From NCBI GenBank assembly GCA_965228735.1, contig OZ245838.1, positions 6,656,001-6,720,000 on the forward strand: 64,000 nucleotides of DNA. Reading direction: 5' to 3'. Position 1 is the stretch's first letter. Every line of letters starts with the position of its first letter. Positions 41,695 to 51,916 of this stretch are shown one piece after another. Source of the DNA: Planctomycetota bacterium. GTDB lineage: Bacteria; Planctomycetota; UBA1135; UBA2386. Both the position numbers and the translations under genes were made by a program. Below the pieces are notes generated by a model. The model saw only the letters and a list, made by a program, of their open reading frames with translations, made no database searches and was not told the origin of the DNA.

Positions 41695-43202
41695 TGAGCA
41701 GCGACCGGACCACGCCGCCGCTCGACAGCGAGTCGCACCGGTTGACGGCAGCGCTCGCGGGCCTGCCCGACACGCGCATCCTCGTCGTCGGTGACCTGAT
41801 CCTCGATCGCTACGCGGACGGCAACGCGAATCGCGTGTCGCCCGAGGCACCCGTTCTGGTCTTCGACTTCACGAGCGAACGCTACCTGCTCGGCGGCGCG
41901 AGCAACGTCGCGGCCAACCTCGCCGCGCTCGGCGCGTCGGCGTCCGTGCTCGGCGTCATCGGTGACGACGAGGGCGGTCAGCGGCTGCGAAAGCTGCTCG
42001 AGGACGCCGACATCGACACGCAGGCGCTCGTCGTGGATCGCACGCGACCGACGACACGCAAGACGCGGTACGTCGCGAAGACGATGCAGGTGCTGCGGGT
42101 CGACGAGGAGAGTCGGGTGCCGGTTTCCGGTGAGGCGGAGCAGCGCATGCTCGATCTGCTGAACCAGCGGCCGTTCCCGTGGAAGTCGGTGCTGCTGTCC
42201 GACTACGGCAAGGGCGCGTTGACACGCCCCGTGATCGCTGCCGCGGTCGAGGCCGCGCGGTCACAGGGCGGCGTCACCGTCGTCGATCCGAAGGGCACGG
42301 ACTACTCGATCTACCAGGGCGTCGACCTGCTCACGCCCAACCGCGAAGAAGCGGAGAAGGCCACGGGCGTGACGATCCGCGGCAGCGAGGATCTGCACCG
42401 GGCGGCCCAGCGGCTGCGCGAGATCACCGGTGTGCGCACCGCGGTCATCACGCTCGGCAAGGACGGCATGTTCTTCGAACGGGAGGACGGGTCGCATCGC
42501 ATCATTCCGACCGAGGCGCGGCAGGTCTTCGATGTCACGGGCGCCGGTGACACGGTCGTCGCCGTGCTGACGCTGTGCCGCGCGTGCAACGTGCCGCTCG
42601 AGGACAGCCTGCGGCTCGCGAACCACGCCGCGGGCGTCACGGTCGCCAAGCTCGGCAACTGGACCCCGAGCCGGGACGAGGTCGCGGCCAAGATCCGCGG
42701 CGGTTCGGACCGCCCCGCCGGCACGGTCCTCACGCGCGAACAGGCCATCCAGGTCGGCTCGCACATGCGCGCCGAAGGTCGCCGTCTCGTCTTCACCAAC
42801 GGTTGCTTCGACATCCTGCACGCGGGCCACTGTGACTACCTCCAGAAGGCGCGGTCGTACGGGGACGCGCTCATGGTCGGACTCAACACCGACCAGTCGG
42901 TGCAGCGGCAGCAGAAGGGGCCGGGCCGCCCGTTCAACGGTCTCGAGGATCGCGCCGCCGTGCTCGCCGCGCTGCAGGCCGTCGACTACGTCGTGCCGTT
43001 CGACGAGGACACGCCGGGTGAGCTCATCGAGGCCGTGACGCCGCACGTGCTCGCCAAGGGCGAGGACTGGCGCGACAAGGGCGTCGTCGGCCGCGAGTGG
43101 GTCGAGTCCAACGGCGGCCAGGTCGTGCTCGTGCCGCTCGTCGCCGGGCGGTCGACGACGAACGTCGTGGAGAAGATCCTCGCGAGCCGGCGGGGCGAGT
43201 AA
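41694..43202 (+). CDS. hldE: Bifunctional heptose-7-phosphate kinase / heptose-1-phosphate adenylyltransferase
   Basis: RVSPEAPV, SDYGKG, DVTGAGD, FTNGCFDILHAGH. Confidence 0.96.
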   Translation: MSSDRTTPPLDSESHRLTAALAGLPDTRILVVGDLILDRYADGNANRVSPEAPVLVFDFTSERYLLGGASNVAANLAALGASASVLGVIGDDEGGQRLRKLLEDADIDTQALVVDRTRPTTRKTRYVAKTMQVLRVDEESRVPVSGEAEQRMLDLLNQRPFPWKSVLLSDYGKGALTRPVIAAAVEAARSQGGVTVVDPKGTDYSIYQGVDLLTPNREEAEKATGVTIRGSEDLHRAAQRLREITGVRTAVITLGKDGMFFEREDGSHRIIPTEARQVFDVTGAGDTVVAVLTLCRACNVPLEDSLRLANHAAGVTVAKLGNWTPSRDEVAAKIRGGSDRPAGTVLTREQAIQVGSHMRAEGRRLVFTNGCFDILHAGHCDYLQKARSYGDALMVGLNTDQSVQRQQKGPGRPFNGLEDRAAVLAALQAVDYVVPFDEDTPGELIEAVTPHVLAKGEDWRDKGVVGREWVESNGGQVVLVPLVAGRSTTNVVEKILASRRGE

Positions 43203-43219
43203 CCGGTCGCCGTCGCTCG

Positions 43220-43963
43220 ATGTTCCGCAAGCTTCGCCGTCTGTTCCGCAGCGTCTTCGGCCCCGGGCCGACCGAGGGCGAACGGCGCAACGCGCGCTAC
43301 GACGCCGAGACGGTCGAGGTCATGCGCCGCGTCCTGTCCGACGACAGCGGCTGCGTCGACGTCGGCTGTCACCGCGGCACGATGCTCGACGAGATGCTGC
43401 GCTGCGCGCCGAACGGCCGCCACTTCGGCTTCGAGCCGATTCCGGAGCTGGCCGCCCAACTCGAGAAGCGGTACGGCAAGCGCGACAACGTGACGATCCA
43501 CCGCGTCGCCCTGAGCGATTCAGCCGGTCGATCGACGTTTGCGCACGTCGTGACCAACCCGGGCTACAGCGGCCTGCGCGAGCGGCGCTACGACCGCGAC
43601 GACGAACGGGTCGAGACGATCGAGGTCGAGACCGCGAGACTCGACGATCTGCTCCCCGACGGCGTCCGCATCCGCTTCGTCAAGATCGACGTCGAGGGCG
43701 GCGAACTCGGCGTCCTGCGCGGGGCGGCCAGCATGCTGCGCCGGGACCGCCCGGTCATCGTGTTCGAGCACGGCGTCGGGTCAGCGGACCGCTACGGCAC
43801 CGAGCCGGACCACGTGTTCGACGTGCTGACCGACTGCGGTCTCGAGGTCACGACGATGCGCCGTTGGCTGGCCGGTGAACCGCCGCATTCCCGCGACACC
43901 TTCTGCGAGGCGTTCCGGAAGGTCGAGGACTTCTACTTCCTTGCCGGCCCGAAGTCGGGCTGA
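43220..43963 (+). CDS. FkbM family methyltransferase
   Basis: VDVGCHRG, FEPIP, RLDDL, KIDVEGGE. Confidence 0.92.
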   Translation: MFRKLRRLFRSVFGPGPTEGERRNARYDAETVEVMRRVLSDDSGCVDVGCHRGTMLDEMLRCAPNGRHFGFEPIPELAAQLEKRYGKRDNVTIHRVALSDSAGRSTFAHVVTNPGYSGLRERRYDRDDERVETIEVETARLDDLLPDGVRIRFVKIDVEGGELGVLRGAASMLRRDRPVIVFEHGVGSADRYGTEPDHVFDVLTDCGLEVTTMRRWLAGEPPHSRDTFCEAFRKVEDFYFLAGPKSG

Positions 43964-43984
43964 ATGTGAGGTCGGTCGTCGCCA

Positions 43985-45460
43985 TCAGCGTCGCTGCAAC
44001 CCGGCCGGCACCGCCGCGATGCCGCGCTCGCGCATCAGCGCCTCGATCGCATCGGGCGACGACGGCAGGTGCCCCGACAGGTTCTCGTGACCGTCCGCGG
44101 TGACGAGCACCGTGTCCTCGATGCGGCAGCCCATGCCCTGCTTGCGCAGGTACGCGCCGGGCTCGACGGTGATCACCATGCCCGGCTGCAGTTCGTCGGT
44201 CGACGGGTCGTGCACGGCCAGCCCCACGTGGTGGCACGGGCCGTGGTCGACGCGGTAGCCCTTCGCGCGCAGGAGCTCGCTGCAGCGCCGCCCGATCACG
44301 CTGAGGCGCGCGCCGGGCTTCACCATCGCGAGCAGCTGCTGCTGCACTTCGTGTACGTCCTCGACGAGCTCGCGCTGCTCGTCGCTGAATTTGCCGGACG
44401 CCGGGAACGTACGTGTCACGTCGCTCGCGTAACCGTGCAGCGTCGCGGCGTAGTCCATGACGATGAGGTCGTCGGCCTGCAGCTTCCTCGTGCACGCGTT
44501 GTAGTGCAGGATGCAGCCGTTGGGCCCGCCGCCGACGATCGCGCCGTAGGCGTCCGGGCCGCAGCCGCGCAGCGAGAACACGTAGCGCGCGACGGCCGCG
44601 ACCTGGTACTCGAACATCCCGGGGCGCACGCTCTTCATCGCCTCGGCGATGCCCTCAGCGGCGATGCGCGTCGAGGCGCGCAGCAGTTCGAGTTCGTGGG
44701 GGCTCTTGACCGTCCGCATCGTGCCGAGCAGGCGTTCGACGCCGTGGATCCGCAGGCCGTCGAAGCGTTCTTCGAGATGCTGCTTCAGCATCGACTCGCG
44801 CGGCTGACGGCCGTCGAGCGGGTCGCGCGTCACCGCGCGCGCGGCGGTCGCGGCCTTGCTCGGTGTGCTGCCGGTCGCGGGTGACGGCCGGACTGCGGTG
44901 TAGAGGTGGGGGCGCGCGCCGGTGTCGTCCTTGCCGAGCAGTTCGTCGAGTCGGCGGTCGAGCGCGCGCACGTTGCCGGCGATGCCGAACCCGGTGCGTT
45001 CGGCGGTCTGCTCACCCGGCGCGAGGAAGTTGCCGTCCCAGACCGCGGCGAAGCGCGAGAACGGCGGTACGAGCAGTTCGTCGCGCGTCAGCTTGCCCTC
45101 GCCGTCGATCTCGAGCAGCACCGCGACGTTGGGCTCCGTGATGCCCGCGAGGTAGAGGAAGTCCTGGTCCTGCACGAACGAGCCCATGTCCGGCGTCTGC
45201 AGCGCGCCGCGCACGAGCACGACGGCGCGTTCGCCGGGATGGCGCAATGCGATCGCCGCGGCGAGTGCGAGGCGGCGCTCCCGGTGTTCTTCGATGCTCG
45301 GTGGCGCGGGCGGTTCCGGCAGCTCGGCCTCCCGGATGGCCGCGGCCGCCGGCCCCTGCGCCAGCAGTGAGGTCGCGGGCAGCGCGAACGCGCCGAGCAT
45401 CACGACCAGCGGCAGCGCGCCGGCGACGGGGGCAGGGATCGAACGGTCGGTCTGTGCCAT
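43985..45460 (-). CDS. Exported Xaa-Pro aminopeptidase (M24B)
   Basis: Signal peptide; DFLYLAG, LHY, YASDVTRT, HHVGLAVHD, TVEPG, RIED. Confidence 0.92.
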   Translation of the reverse strand: MAQTDRSIPAPVAGALPLVVMLGAFALPATSLLAQGPAAAAIREAELPEPPAPPSIEEHRERRLALAAAIALRHPGERAVVLVRGALQTPDMGSFVQDQDFLYLAGITEPNVAVLLEIDGEGKLTRDELLVPPFSRFAAVWDGNFLAPGEQTAERTGFGIAGNVRALDRRLDELLGKDDTGARPHLYTAVRPSPATGSTPSKAATAARAVTRDPLDGRQPRESMLKQHLEERFDGLRIHGVERLLGTMRTVKSPHELELLRASTRIAAEGIAEAMKSVRPGMFEYQVAAVARYVFSLRGCGPDAYGAIVGGGPNGCILHYNACTRKLQADDLIVMDYAATLHGYASDVTRTFPASGKFSDEQRELVEDVHEVQQQLLAMVKPGARLSVIGRRCSELLRAKGYRVDHGPCHHVGLAVHDPSTDELQPGMVITVEPGAYLRKQGMGCRIEDTVLVTADGHENLSGHLPSSPDAIEALMRERGIAAVPAGLQRR

Positions 45461-45522
45461 GCCTGCAACATACGGGTGAAGCCAGCTTGTCGTTGGCGGC
45501 GCAATCGTCGACATTTCGTCCC

Positions 45523-47856
45523 ATGACCCGTCGCCATGCCGCCCTCCTGGCCTCGTTGTTCGCCGCGACCGCGCTCACCGCGCAGGACGCGGCCACGGAC
45601 GACGCCAATTCCTACGGCCACTCCCGCCACGGCGAGGCGTTCGACGAGGGACCGCGGCAGGCCGCGTATCGGATGCCGGGACTCGGCGACCAGGTGCATC
45701 TGCCGGTCGCGGGTCTGAGCCCGGAGGCGCAGGCGTTCTTCGACCAGGCGGTCACCCAGCAGCACGGCTTCTGGTACTACGAATCCGAGCGCAGCTTCCG
45801 GCAGGTCCAGAAGCTCCATCCCGACTGCGCGATGGCCTACTGGGGCATGTGCGTCGCGAACATCGACAACGCCGAACGCGCCGCGGGCTTCATCTGCAAG
45901 GCCGTCGAGCACGAACAGGGCATCCCGGCGCGCGAGCAGCTCTGGGTCGACGCGTGGGCGACCTACTACGGCGTGACGGACAAGGTGCGGAAGGAGCTGC
46001 AGTCGGGCGACAAAGAGCGCGTGGAGGCGGCGACGAAGAAGCTCGTCGAGCAGGTGAAGGGCTGGGGCGACGAGAAGGATCGTGGCAAACGGCGCGCGGC
46101 GAAGGGCAAGCGCGAGAAGAAGCTCATCAAGGATCTCGGCACGCTCGTCTACGAGCATCCGGACGACCTCGAGGCCAAGGCGTTCCTCGCGATCCAGAAC
46201 TGGCACGCCTACGCGTGGGGCGGCGGCGTCGAGATCGTCTCGCACACCGCGGTCGACGCGCTGCTGCACGAGGTGCTCCGCGAGAAGCCCCTGCACCCGT
46301 GCCACCACTATCGCATCCACCTCTGGGATCGTGAGGACGCGCGGCGGTCGCTCGACTCCGCGAGCAAGATCGGGTTCTCCGCGCCGGCGATCGCGCACCA
46401 GTGGCACATGGCCGGTCACATCTACGCGAAGCTCGACCGCCACGCCGAGGCCGCGTGGCAGCAGGAGGCGTCGGGCCGCGCCGATCACGCCCACATGCAT
46501 CGGGATCGCGTGATGCCGTTCGACATCCACAACTACGGGCACAACCAGGAGTGGCTCTGTCGCAGCCTGTCGCTCGTCGGGCGCTGGCAGGAGGCGCTCG
46601 CGATCGCGAAGAACCTCGCCGAGCTGCCGCGGCACCCGAAGTTGAACATGCCGGGTTCGCGCGGCGACATCGCCTACTACGGCCGCCAGCGCCTGCTCAG
46701 TGTCTGCGAGGATCACCGGCTCTGGGAGCAGGCCGTCGACATCTGTCGCGCGGGCTACTTCGAGGCCGAAGCCGACGTCCATGGCGAGGCTTCGCGCCTC
46801 GGTCTGCTCGGGCGCGCGCTGTTCCAACTCGGTCGGCGGGACGAAGCCGAGCGCGTCGTCGCCGATGCCGAGAAGCTGCTCGACCGAGCGCGCCGCGAAC
46901 GCGCCGCGGGAATGGACGAGGCCGAGCAGGAGGCGATCGATGCGGACAAGAAGCGCACGGAAGTCGACGACGCGCTCGCCGAGGCCAGCCGCGAAGGCAC
47001 GGACGCCGTGCGCCGCGTGCGCGATCTGCTGAAGGAGCTCGAGGCCGAGCGACTGCTCGCCGACGGCGACGGCAAGGCCGCCGTCGCGTTACTCGAGGAT
47101 GTCAACCGCTTCCCGAAGACGTTGCTGGCGGACGCCAAGCTCGCGGCCGGTGACATTGCCGGTGCGGTCGAGTTGCTCGAGCAGGAGGTCGAGTCCCGTC
47201 CCGCCCGCGTGCCGACGCTGCGCCGGCTGCTGACCGCGCTGGAGACAGCCGAGGAGAAGGACGCCGACCGCATCGCCGAGGTGCAGGCCGCGCTCGCCGC
47301 GATCCCGAGTTCGATGGCCGGGTTCGGCGACGACTTCGGCGAACGCCCGCCGCTCGCGGACCTCGGCCCGTTCCGCTGGCAACCACAGCCGGCGCGCCCG
47401 CTCGATCTGCCGATCGCAGGCCGCGACGGCGAGCGCTTCCGCCTCGCGGACGCGGGTGGTCCGACCCTCGTCGTGTTCTACCTGGGTTTCGGCTGCCTGC
47501 ACTGCGTCGAGCAACTGCAGGCGATCGCGCCGCAGGCCGAGGCGTTCGCCGACCTCGGCATCCGGATCGTCGCGGTCGGGACCGATACCGCGCCGAAGGC
47601 CAGCAAGTCGCTGGCGAACATGGGCGAGGGCGCCTTCCCGTTCCCGCTCGTCGCGGACCCCGAACTCGCGGCGTTCAAGGAATGGCGCTGCTACGACGAC
47701 TTCGAGGCGATGCCGCTGCACGGCCTGTTCCTCGTCGATGGCGACGGCCGCGTGCGCTGGTCGGACATCAGCTACGAGCCGTTCGTCGAGATCGAGTGGC
47801 TGCTCGACGAGAGCCGTCGCCTGCTCGCGCTGCCTGGCGTCGCCGGCTCGCGCTGA
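45523..47856 (+). CDS. Secreted TPR protein fused to a C-terminal AhpC/TSA redoxin domain
   Basis: Signal peptide; HGFWYYESERSF, CAMAYWG, HYRIHLWD, HMAGHIY; C-terminal FYLGFGCLHCVEQL. Confidence 0.88.
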   Translation: MTRRHAALLASLFAATALTAQDAATDDANSYGHSRHGEAFDEGPRQAAYRMPGLGDQVHLPVAGLSPEAQAFFDQAVTQQHGFWYYESERSFRQVQKLHPDCAMAYWGMCVANIDNAERAAGFICKAVEHEQGIPAREQLWVDAWATYYGVTDKVRKELQSGDKERVEAATKKLVEQVKGWGDEKDRGKRRAAKGKREKKLIKDLGTLVYEHPDDLEAKAFLAIQNWHAYAWGGGVEIVSHTAVDALLHEVLREKPLHPCHHYRIHLWDREDARRSLDSASKIGFSAPAIAHQWHMAGHIYAKLDRHAEAAWQQEASGRADHAHMHRDRVMPFDIHNYGHNQEWLCRSLSLVGRWQEALAIAKNLAELPRHPKLNMPGSRGDIAYYGRQRLLSVCEDHRLWEQAVDICRAGYFEAEADVHGEASRLGLLGRALFQLGRRDEAERVVADAEKLLDRARRERAAGMDEAEQEAIDADKKRTEVDDALAEASREGTDAVRRVRDLLKELEAERLLADGDGKAAVALLEDVNRFPKTLLADAKLAAGDIAGAVELLEQEVESRPARVPTLRRLLTALETAEEKDADRIAEVQAALAAIPSSMAGFGDDFGERPPLADLGPFRWQPQPARPLDLPIAGRDGERFRLADAGGPTLVVFYLGFGCLHCVEQLQAIAPQAEAFADLGIRIVAVGTDTAPKASKSLANMGEGAFPFPLVADPELAAFKEWRCYDDFEAMPLHGLFLVDGDGRVRWSDISYEPFVEIEWLLDESRRLLALPGVAGSR

Positions 47857-47995
47857 GCATTCTCACGAGAACGGCACGGGAACGGCGCGGGATTACCGCC
47901 GTATCGTTGCCGCTGGGGCGGCCGCGTGGCATCCTACCCAGCGAATATGCCGGCGCGGCAGGGCTCGCGTCGGTCACGCAATCAGGGAGGCTCGA

Positions 47996-48613
47996 TTGGT
48001 CGTTACACCCCGCAAGCAGCGGTCGAAAGACAAGGTCATCGCCGATCGGCGCGCACTCGCACTGATCCTCAACGGGCTGCGCACGAGCGGCAAGAACGTC
48101 GTGCTGACCAACGGTGTCTTCGACCTGATGCACGTCGGCCACATGCGTTGCCTCGAGGATGCGCGCTCGCGCGGCGACTACCTCGTCGTCGCCGTCAACA
48201 ACGACAAGTCCGCGCAGGCGATCAAGGGCAAGGGGCGTCCGATCGTGCCCGTCGCGGAGCGGATGGAGATGCTCTCCGCGCTGTCGTTCGTCGACTACGT
48301 GACGACGTTCGAGGACGAGACGGCGGACGCCCTGCTCGAGCAGCTGCAGCCGAGCCTCTACGCCAAGGGCACGGACTACACGCTCAAGACTCTGCCGGAG
48401 CGCGACACGGTCAAGGCGCTCGGCATCAAGGCCGTGTTCGTCGGTGACAAGAAGGGGCACTCGACGGCCAAACTGATCCAGAAGGTGCAGAAGCTGCCGG
48501 CTGGCAAGGCGGCGGCGGCGGGCAAGAAGCCCGCGGCGAAGAAGGCTGCCAAGAAGGCACCCGCGAAGAAGCCGGCGAAGAAGGCCGTCAGGAAGAAGGC
48601 CGCGAGCCGTTAG
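47996..48613 (+). CDS. Stand-alone RfaE domain II-type adenylyltransferase with Lys/Ala-rich tail
   Basis: TNGVFDLMHVGH, KGKGRP, KGTDY, HST; TTG start after SD AGGGAGG. Confidence 0.88.
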   Translation: MVVTPRKQRSKDKVIADRRALALILNGLRTSGKNVVLTNGVFDLMHVGHMRCLEDARSRGDYLVVAVNNDKSAQAIKGKGRPIVPVAERMEMLSALSFVDYVTTFEDETADALLEQLQPSLYAKGTDYTLKTLPERDTVKALGIKAVFVGDKKGHSTAKLIQKVQKLPAGKAAAAGKKPAAKKAAKKAPAKKPAKKAVRKKAASR

Positions 48614-48682
48614 TCGACCGGTTCGTCGACCGGCGACGGGCCCTCTGTGACGCTGCGGGCGCCGCCGGCTATGGTGGGCGCC

Positions 48683-50152
48683 ATGCCGAGCCCGTTCCGC
48701 GTGTCGTTCCTGCCCGTCCTGCTGCTCGCGGCCACGGCCGCCGGCCTGACGGTCGTGACACCGGCGCAGTCGGCGCGCGATCGCAACGTCAAGGCCTACG
48801 AGAAGGCCCGCAAGCTCGAGCTCATCGAGATGGGGCAGCGCCACGTCGACATCGGCTGGTCGATGCGCAAGAGCGGGCTCAACCAGCAGGTGATCTACCA
48901 GTTCGTGCGCGCCAGGGAGCTGTCCGAGGGCGAGCACCTGATGGCGGGCCGGATGATCGGCATCGTGCGCGCCTACGGCGACGCGTTCTGGCGCAAGGCG
49001 CGCAAGAAGGCGACGCGCAAGGCGCTCGTCTACTACACGAAGCGCGCGGCCGACGCCGAGGAACGCGATCAACGCGCGCACGCCAAGCTCGCGCGGCTCG
49101 CCGAGCGCGCGCACATGGACGACACCGCGCGCCACCACTGGCGGCGCGCGCTCGAGCTCGGGGCCGAGCTCGAGATCACGAGCCGTGGCGCGAAGATCGG
49201 CCGCCAGAAGGTCGGTGAGGCGCACGTCGAGTGGCTGACGGCGCAGACGATCGAGGTCGACGGCGAGCGCAAGTTCGACTACGCGAGCGTGATGGCGACC
49301 GGGGGTGGAGCGCCGCCGGGGCCGAACGGCACGCCGCGCGCGCCGCAGTTCCGGCCGCTGCCGAAGCTCGCGGGCTTTCGCGAGGCGAGCACGGACGCGG
49401 TCGTTCTACGGACCGACCTGCCGAAGGCCCGGGCGGAAGAGCTCTGTGCTCTCGGCACCGCGCTGTGCGAGCCGCTCGCCGAGCGCCTCGAGGGTCTGCC
49501 GGTCGGCAAACTGCACGTGCTCGTGTTCGGGAAGCGCAGCGACTACGACGCCTACCTGCAGGCGCGCGGGCACGGCGACGCGACGGTCGCGCGCGGGCTG
49601 TGTGACTACGGTGGCCGCCAGGCGATGCTCTGTGCCGAGGGGCTCGAAGCCGCGGACCTGCACGCGTTGCTGCTGCACGAGCTGACGCACCTCTACTTCT
49701 GGTGCTGCTCGCCGGTGCGGATGCCAGACTTCTACGCCGAAGGCCTCGCCGAGACGTTCGGTGGGCAGGGGACGTTCGTCTGGGACGGCAAGGCTCTGAC
49801 GGTCGGCGGTCCGATGCGCCGCGACCGCGTCGATGCGGTGAAGAAGGCGCCGCTGCCGCTGCGTGATCTCGTCGCGGCGAACGCGCTGCAGTTGCTCGGT
49901 TCGGACCACGACAAGGCGATGGTCTTCTACACGCAGGCGCAGCTGCTGCAGCGCTTCCTCGCCACCCCGGACTGTCCGTGGCGCGCGCGATTCGGCTGGT
50001 GGGAGGACGAGTGCCGCGGTGCGCTGCGCGGCACGGAGTCGACGTTGCGTCAGGGCAGCGTCGCGCCGGCGGAGCAGTCGTTCCAGCGGCTGTTCGGCGA
50101 GGACCTCGGCGACCTCGAGAAGGCGTTCTTCGCCTGGCTCGCCGAGCAGTAG
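48683..50152 (+). CDS. Secreted protein with gluzincin-like zinc site (DUF1570-like)
   Basis: Signal peptide; LLHELTH followed by YAEGLAE. Confidence 0.75.
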   Translation: MPSPFRVSFLPVLLLAATAAGLTVVTPAQSARDRNVKAYEKARKLELIEMGQRHVDIGWSMRKSGLNQQVIYQFVRARELSEGEHLMAGRMIGIVRAYGDAFWRKARKKATRKALVYYTKRAADAEERDQRAHAKLARLAERAHMDDTARHHWRRALELGAELEITSRGAKIGRQKVGEAHVEWLTAQTIEVDGERKFDYASVMATGGGAPPGPNGTPRAPQFRPLPKLAGFREASTDAVVLRTDLPKARAEELCALGTALCEPLAERLEGLPVGKLHVLVFGKRSDYDAYLQARGHGDATVARGLCDYGGRQAMLCAEGLEAADLHALLLHELTHLYFWCCSPVRMPDFYAEGLAETFGGQGTFVWDGKALTVGGPMRRDRVDAVKKAPLPLRDLVAANALQLLGSDHDKAMVFYTQAQLLQRFLATPDCPWRARFGWWEDECRGALRGTESTLRQGSVAPAEQSFQRLFGEDLGDLEKAFFAWLAEQ

Positions 50153-50276
50153 GTCGCGGTCGACGGTCGACCGGCGATTCGTGGCCGGGAATCTCCTGAG
50201 CCGACCCGCGCGCTGGCACGGCGCGGTCGCCGTCGCCGTCAAGCGCGCCCGCGTCACGGGCCGATCGCTACCGGAG

Positions 50277-51200
50277 ATGGCTACGGCCCTCGACAAGCAG
50301 GAGGCCCGCGCGGAGGGGTATTCCGCGGTTCCCGTGATGGGATTGGCAGCGGATCGTCCGCTCGGTTTCCCGCTGTACCTCAGAACGGCCGAACGGACCT
50401 GGGTGCTCTACCGCCCGGCGAGCGCGGAGATCGACGCGGCCCAGGTCGGGCGGCTGTACGCGGAGGGTGTGGTGGAGCTGTTCATCCGCAATGCGGACCG
50501 GAGTCTCTACTTCAACCGGGTTCGAGACTCGCTGGATCGGGTGCTGCTCGAACGGGACGTGCCGCTCGACGTGCGCGCCGACGTGCTCGTCGGCGTTGCG
50601 ACGCGCATGGCCGACGAGCTGCTGGCCGCGCGCCCGGACCGCGCCGGCGTGCAGCGTGCGCGCAAGGTGATGATGGCGACGAGCGGGCTGATGCTGCGTG
50701 AGCCGAAGGGATTCTCCGCGGTGCGCAAGATGCTGTCGCATAGCAATGCGCTGTCGAAGCACGCGCTGACCGTCGGGTTCTTGAGCATGGGGCTCGCCAA
50801 GGTTGCCTACGGGGCGGACGCGAACGGGTTGATGCTTGCGGGGCTCGCGGGCCTGCTGCACGACATCAGCCACATCGGCAACACGGGTGGCGACGACGAT
50901 GACATGCACGCGATTCGCAGCGCCGACTACCTCGCGGAGCTCGGGCTGCCCGAGCCGATCGTGCTCGCCGCTCGCCATCATCATGAGCGCTGGGACGGCT
51001 CGGGCACGCCGCATGGGTTGCGCGGCGAGGACATCCCGAAGCTCGCGCGGGTCGTCGGTCTCGCGGACACGTTCGACAAGGTCTACGGCGCGCAGCGTCC
51101 GCGGGTGTCGGTGTTCGACGCGCTGCGCATCGTCGCGACGGCGTACCGCGACTGCTTCGACCCGCGGCTCGCGCCGGCGTTCGTCAAGCTGTTCCGGTAG
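50277..51200 (+). CDS. HD-GYP domain protein with degenerate motifs
   Basis: LLHDI, HHHERWDGSGTPHGLRGEDIP, ADTFD. Confidence 0.88.
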   Translation: MATALDKQEARAEGYSAVPVMGLAADRPLGFPLYLRTAERTWVLYRPASAEIDAAQVGRLYAEGVVELFIRNADRSLYFNRVRDSLDRVLLERDVPLDVRADVLVGVATRMADELLAARPDRAGVQRARKVMMATSGLMLREPKGFSAVRKMLSHSNALSKHALTVGFLSMGLAKVAYGADANGLMLAGLAGLLHDISHIGNTGGDDDDMHAIRSADYLAELGLPEPIVLAARHHHERWDGSGTPHGLRGEDIPKLARVVGLADTFDKVYGAQRPRVSVFDALRIVATAYRDCFDPRLAPAFVKLFR

Positions 51201-51247
51201 CCGGCAGCGCGCCCTCGGTACCGTACGGGCGCGGTACTGTACGGGCG
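51201..51247. repeat. Degenerate GTAC-core repeat plus 16-bp tandem duplication
   Basis: 51201-51228 matches the reverse consensus at 21/28; CGGTACCGTACGGGCG (51216-51231) and CGGTACTGTACGGGCG (51232-51247). Confidence 0.85.
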
Positions 51248-51916
51248 TTACGGGGCGCTGACGCCGAACGCGGTCCAGTAGTCGTCGGCGCCTTCGGCCC
51301 GCAGTCGGTCCGTCGGGGTGAAGCCGAACAGGCATGCGATCGCGCGGCAGCCGAATGCCCTGCTCGCGCGCAGGTCCTGCACGCCGTCGCCGACCATGGT
51401 CACCGTCCGAGGCTCGACGTCCCGGAGGCCGAGTTGGTCGAGCGCGTGCCGCAGGGGGGCCGGGTCGGGTTTCTTCACGGCGAGCGTGTCGCCGCCGACG
51501 ACGACGGGCAGCAGATCGCGCAGGCCGAGGTGATCGATGATCGGGTCGGCGAAGCGGGCCGGCTTGTTGGTGACGACGGCGAGCGGATGGCCGGCCGCGC
51601 GCAGGTGCTCGAGGTGCTCGCGGACCCCGGGATAGGTGGTCACGGCTGCCGTGCAGCGGGTGCGGTGGTCTTCCGCGTAGATCGCGAACGCCTCGTCGAT
51701 CGCCCGTTCCGCGGTGGTGCCCTCGGGCAACCGGCCCTGCAGCGCCCGACGCAGCAGCATGCGGGCGCCATCACCCACGAACCCACGGACCTCGGCCTCG
51801 GTCACGGCCGGCAGACCGTAGGCCGCCCGCACGTGATTGGTGCTCGCCGTGATGTCGGGCAGCGTCGCTGCCAGTGTGCCGTCGAGGTCGAAGAGGAATG
51901 CGTGCGGGTGGGCCAC
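51248..51916 (-). CDS. gph: HAD hydrolase, phosphoglycolate phosphatase-like
   Basis: FDLDGTL, VTNKP, KKPDP, MVGDG. Confidence 0.88.
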   Translation of the reverse strand: MAHPHAFLFDLDGTLAATLPDITASTNHVRAAYGLPAVTEAEVRGFVGDGARMLLRRALQGRLPEGTTAERAIDEAFAIYAEDHRTRCTAAVTTYPGVREHLEHLRAAGHPLAVVTNKPARFADPIIDHLGLRDLLPVVVGGDTLAVKKPDPAPLRHALDQLGLRDVEPRTVTMVGDGVQDLRASRAFGCRAIACLFGFTPTDRLRAEGADDYWTAFGVSAP

